A stretch of 63,880 bases of DNA, counting the filler, from Octopus bimaculoides (Eukaryota), in assembly GCF_001194135.2 (NCBI RefSeq). It is 5 parts of 5 records of this genome, joined end to end, with 100 filler letters (N's around TTAATTAATTAA, not from the genome) between each part and the next. Parts side by side here need not be neighbours in the genome. Positions count along the whole stretch, not along the records: positions 59,275 to 63,880 come from NC_068987.1; 4 more parts are not named here. The stretch is one strand, 5' to 3'. The position numbers and the translations under genes are program-made. Below are positions 61,921 to 63,880 of the stretch, piece by piece; the stretch's first letter is position 1, and each line of letters starts with the position of its first letter. Under the pieces are notes generated by a model. The model was not told the origin of the DNA. It saw nothing but the letters and a program-made list of their open reading frames with translations, and ran no database searches.

Positions 61921-62525
61921 TGTGTGTTTATCTATATATATGTGTGTGCATGTCTGTGTATATACATAAAATATATGATATGTAGATAATACTTATACTA
62001 TATAAAATATTTATACACACATGTTATTCATATTATTTGCTGTCCGTCTGGACTTTCCTTCAATTCGTACGATGCATGTGCAGAAATGACCTGACGTTGT
62101 CTATTCTTTGATAAACCTTAAAAGCATAAACGTACTACTTGCATACTGAGATGTTCAAATAAAATATATATTACATAGTGAAACTTTTCCTTTATTCAAC
62201 CGTTTATTCTATTAAACGTAACTCATACAACAAATGTCGATTTACACAATCGTGTGAAAACGTTTCTACTATTATTACAATAGTAAAAAAAAAAAAAAAT
62301 AGATACAACTGAGCACTATAACATGCCGCTGCTATGCGTGCTAGAAATAGTGGTCAAATCATTAACATATTAGCTTCATATATGTTTAATAAATATAAGT
62401 ATATACATACATACATACATACATATATACATACACACATACATACATACAGACAGACAGACAGACACCCATACACATATATAGATGTGTGTACACACAC
62501 ATATTTATAAATATATACATGTATG

Positions 62526-62589
<64 letters not shown>

Positions 62590-63359
62590 ATTATATATAC
62601 ATATATATCATATACTACTATAATATATAGTTGAATAATACATATATACATATACTTACACATACATGCACGCCCACATAATTTTATATTTACATGTGTC
62701 TGTAAATATGTATGTATACAACTAGATGTTTATATCTACGCTAAAATACTGCTATGAGTATATATGTGTATATGTAACATAAGAAAAAATGGAGGCACTA
62801 GTATCACACTCCTTCGTTACAGCTGTTTCAAAAACATAAGTATGACAAGTTTGAAAAAACTGAATTTGAACACTGATTATGTAACCTTTATTATGTAATA
62901 CTGATTATATAATGAAAACCCATTGTCATTTATAATGACCTTTGTGAATGATTTAATACGAGAATTTGAATGAATTCACCTATATATAGGAAGAGAGCAT
63001 TTGGTCGGAGGGGTTCATGTTTTTGCAGGAAGGAGGAGTTTCCGTTAGTCATGCAAATGAAAGAAATAGTAAACGTGACGATTTTGGTGTATCACTTGCC
63101 AAGATCATTTTAGAAGTTCGATCTATATAATCAGACAGTTGTCTGATCGTGACGATAAAACATTATTAAAACTGTGTATGAAATAGAGATTGTCATAAAT
63201 CAGTTGAAATACGTTTGTCCGGATTAGTCTCAGTAAATTTTAATGATCAGGAGATAAAACAAAAAAAAATTGGCCGGAAGCGAAGAAAAAGAGATAGAAA
63301 TAAGAATGTGATAAAGAGATAAAGAGATAGATTCAAATGTGATAAAGAGATAGTTGTTG

Positions 63360-63720
63360 TTACGACGTCAAGGGTTCCAGTTGATCCGATCAACGGAACA
63401 GCCTGCTCGTGAAATTAACGTGTAAGTGGCTGAGCACTCCACAGACACGTGTACTCTTAACGTAGTTTTCGAGGATATTCAGAGTGACACAGTGTGACAA
63501 GGTTGGCCCTTTGAATTACAGGTACAACAGAAACGGGAAGAAAGAGTGAGAAAGTTGTGGTGAAAAAGTACAGCAGGGTTCGCCACCATCCCCTGCCGGA
63601 ACCTCGTGGAGCTTTAGATGTTTTGGCTCAATAAACACTCACAACGCCCGGTCTGGGAATCGAAACCGCGATCCTATGACCGCGAGTCCGCTGCCCTAAC
63701 CACTGGGCCATTGCGCCTCA
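63360..63720 (-). mobile_element. SINE family D, full length
   Basis: Reverse complement of the 54915-55298 element (GGGCCATTGCGCCTC head, GGTTCCAGTTGATCCGATC tail). Confidence 0.9.
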
Positions 63721-63880
63721 ACAATAATAATAACTAGTAAGACCGAAAGAAAGCACACATTTTATAAATAATTTCTATTTTGATGTATACATTTATTAAT
63801 TTTCATATAGTTTCATTGTGTTAAATATTTCGATTATGTTCATGTGACCGCGAGTCTGCCGCGAGTCTGCCGCCCTAACC

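Noticed and set aside
63047-63062. Octamer motif ATGCAAAT as an snRNA enhancer
   Set aside because: No snRNA gene or PSE was seen nearby, and the motif is expected by chance in AT-rich DNA.

Overview
This is AT-rich, microsatellite-saturated eukaryotic genomic DNA from a gapped short-read assembly. It is probably an octopod cephalopod, inferred from the SINE families and the repeat landscape. I could not confidently identify any host protein-coding gene; almost all ORFs in the track are microsatellite or N-gap artefacts. The window is not one contiguous molecule: four artificial spacers (44 N + TTAATTAATTAA + 44 N, with the 12-mer at 31099, 51049, 56273 and 59219) join separate contigs, and there is an Illumina adapter remnant at 45988-46004. 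The real content is mostly mobile DNA. There are at least three tRNA-headed SINE families (Deu/Nin-like, CORE-like, and one with exchangeable tails) and fragments of R4/Dong-like, RTE, CR1/L2-like, Penelope-like (GIY-YIG), Gypsy and Tc1/mariner elements. There is also a 28S rRNA fragment, a decayed clan-CE (adenain-like) protease fragment and several minisatellites. The most interesting signals are: (1) six type I hammerhead-ribozyme motifs from about four sequence families, including a retrozyme-like tandem unit of about 190 bp directly beside a degenerate telomere-like CCTAA array; (2) a 93-nt strand-asymmetric hairpin resembling a pre-miRNA or ADAR substrate; (3) an R4-clade retroelement fused head-to-head with 28S rDNA; (4) a divergent pair of AAGATGGCG (YY1/start-codon) motifs suggesting a bidirectional promoter. 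All structure and homology calls were made by eye and need computational confirmation.
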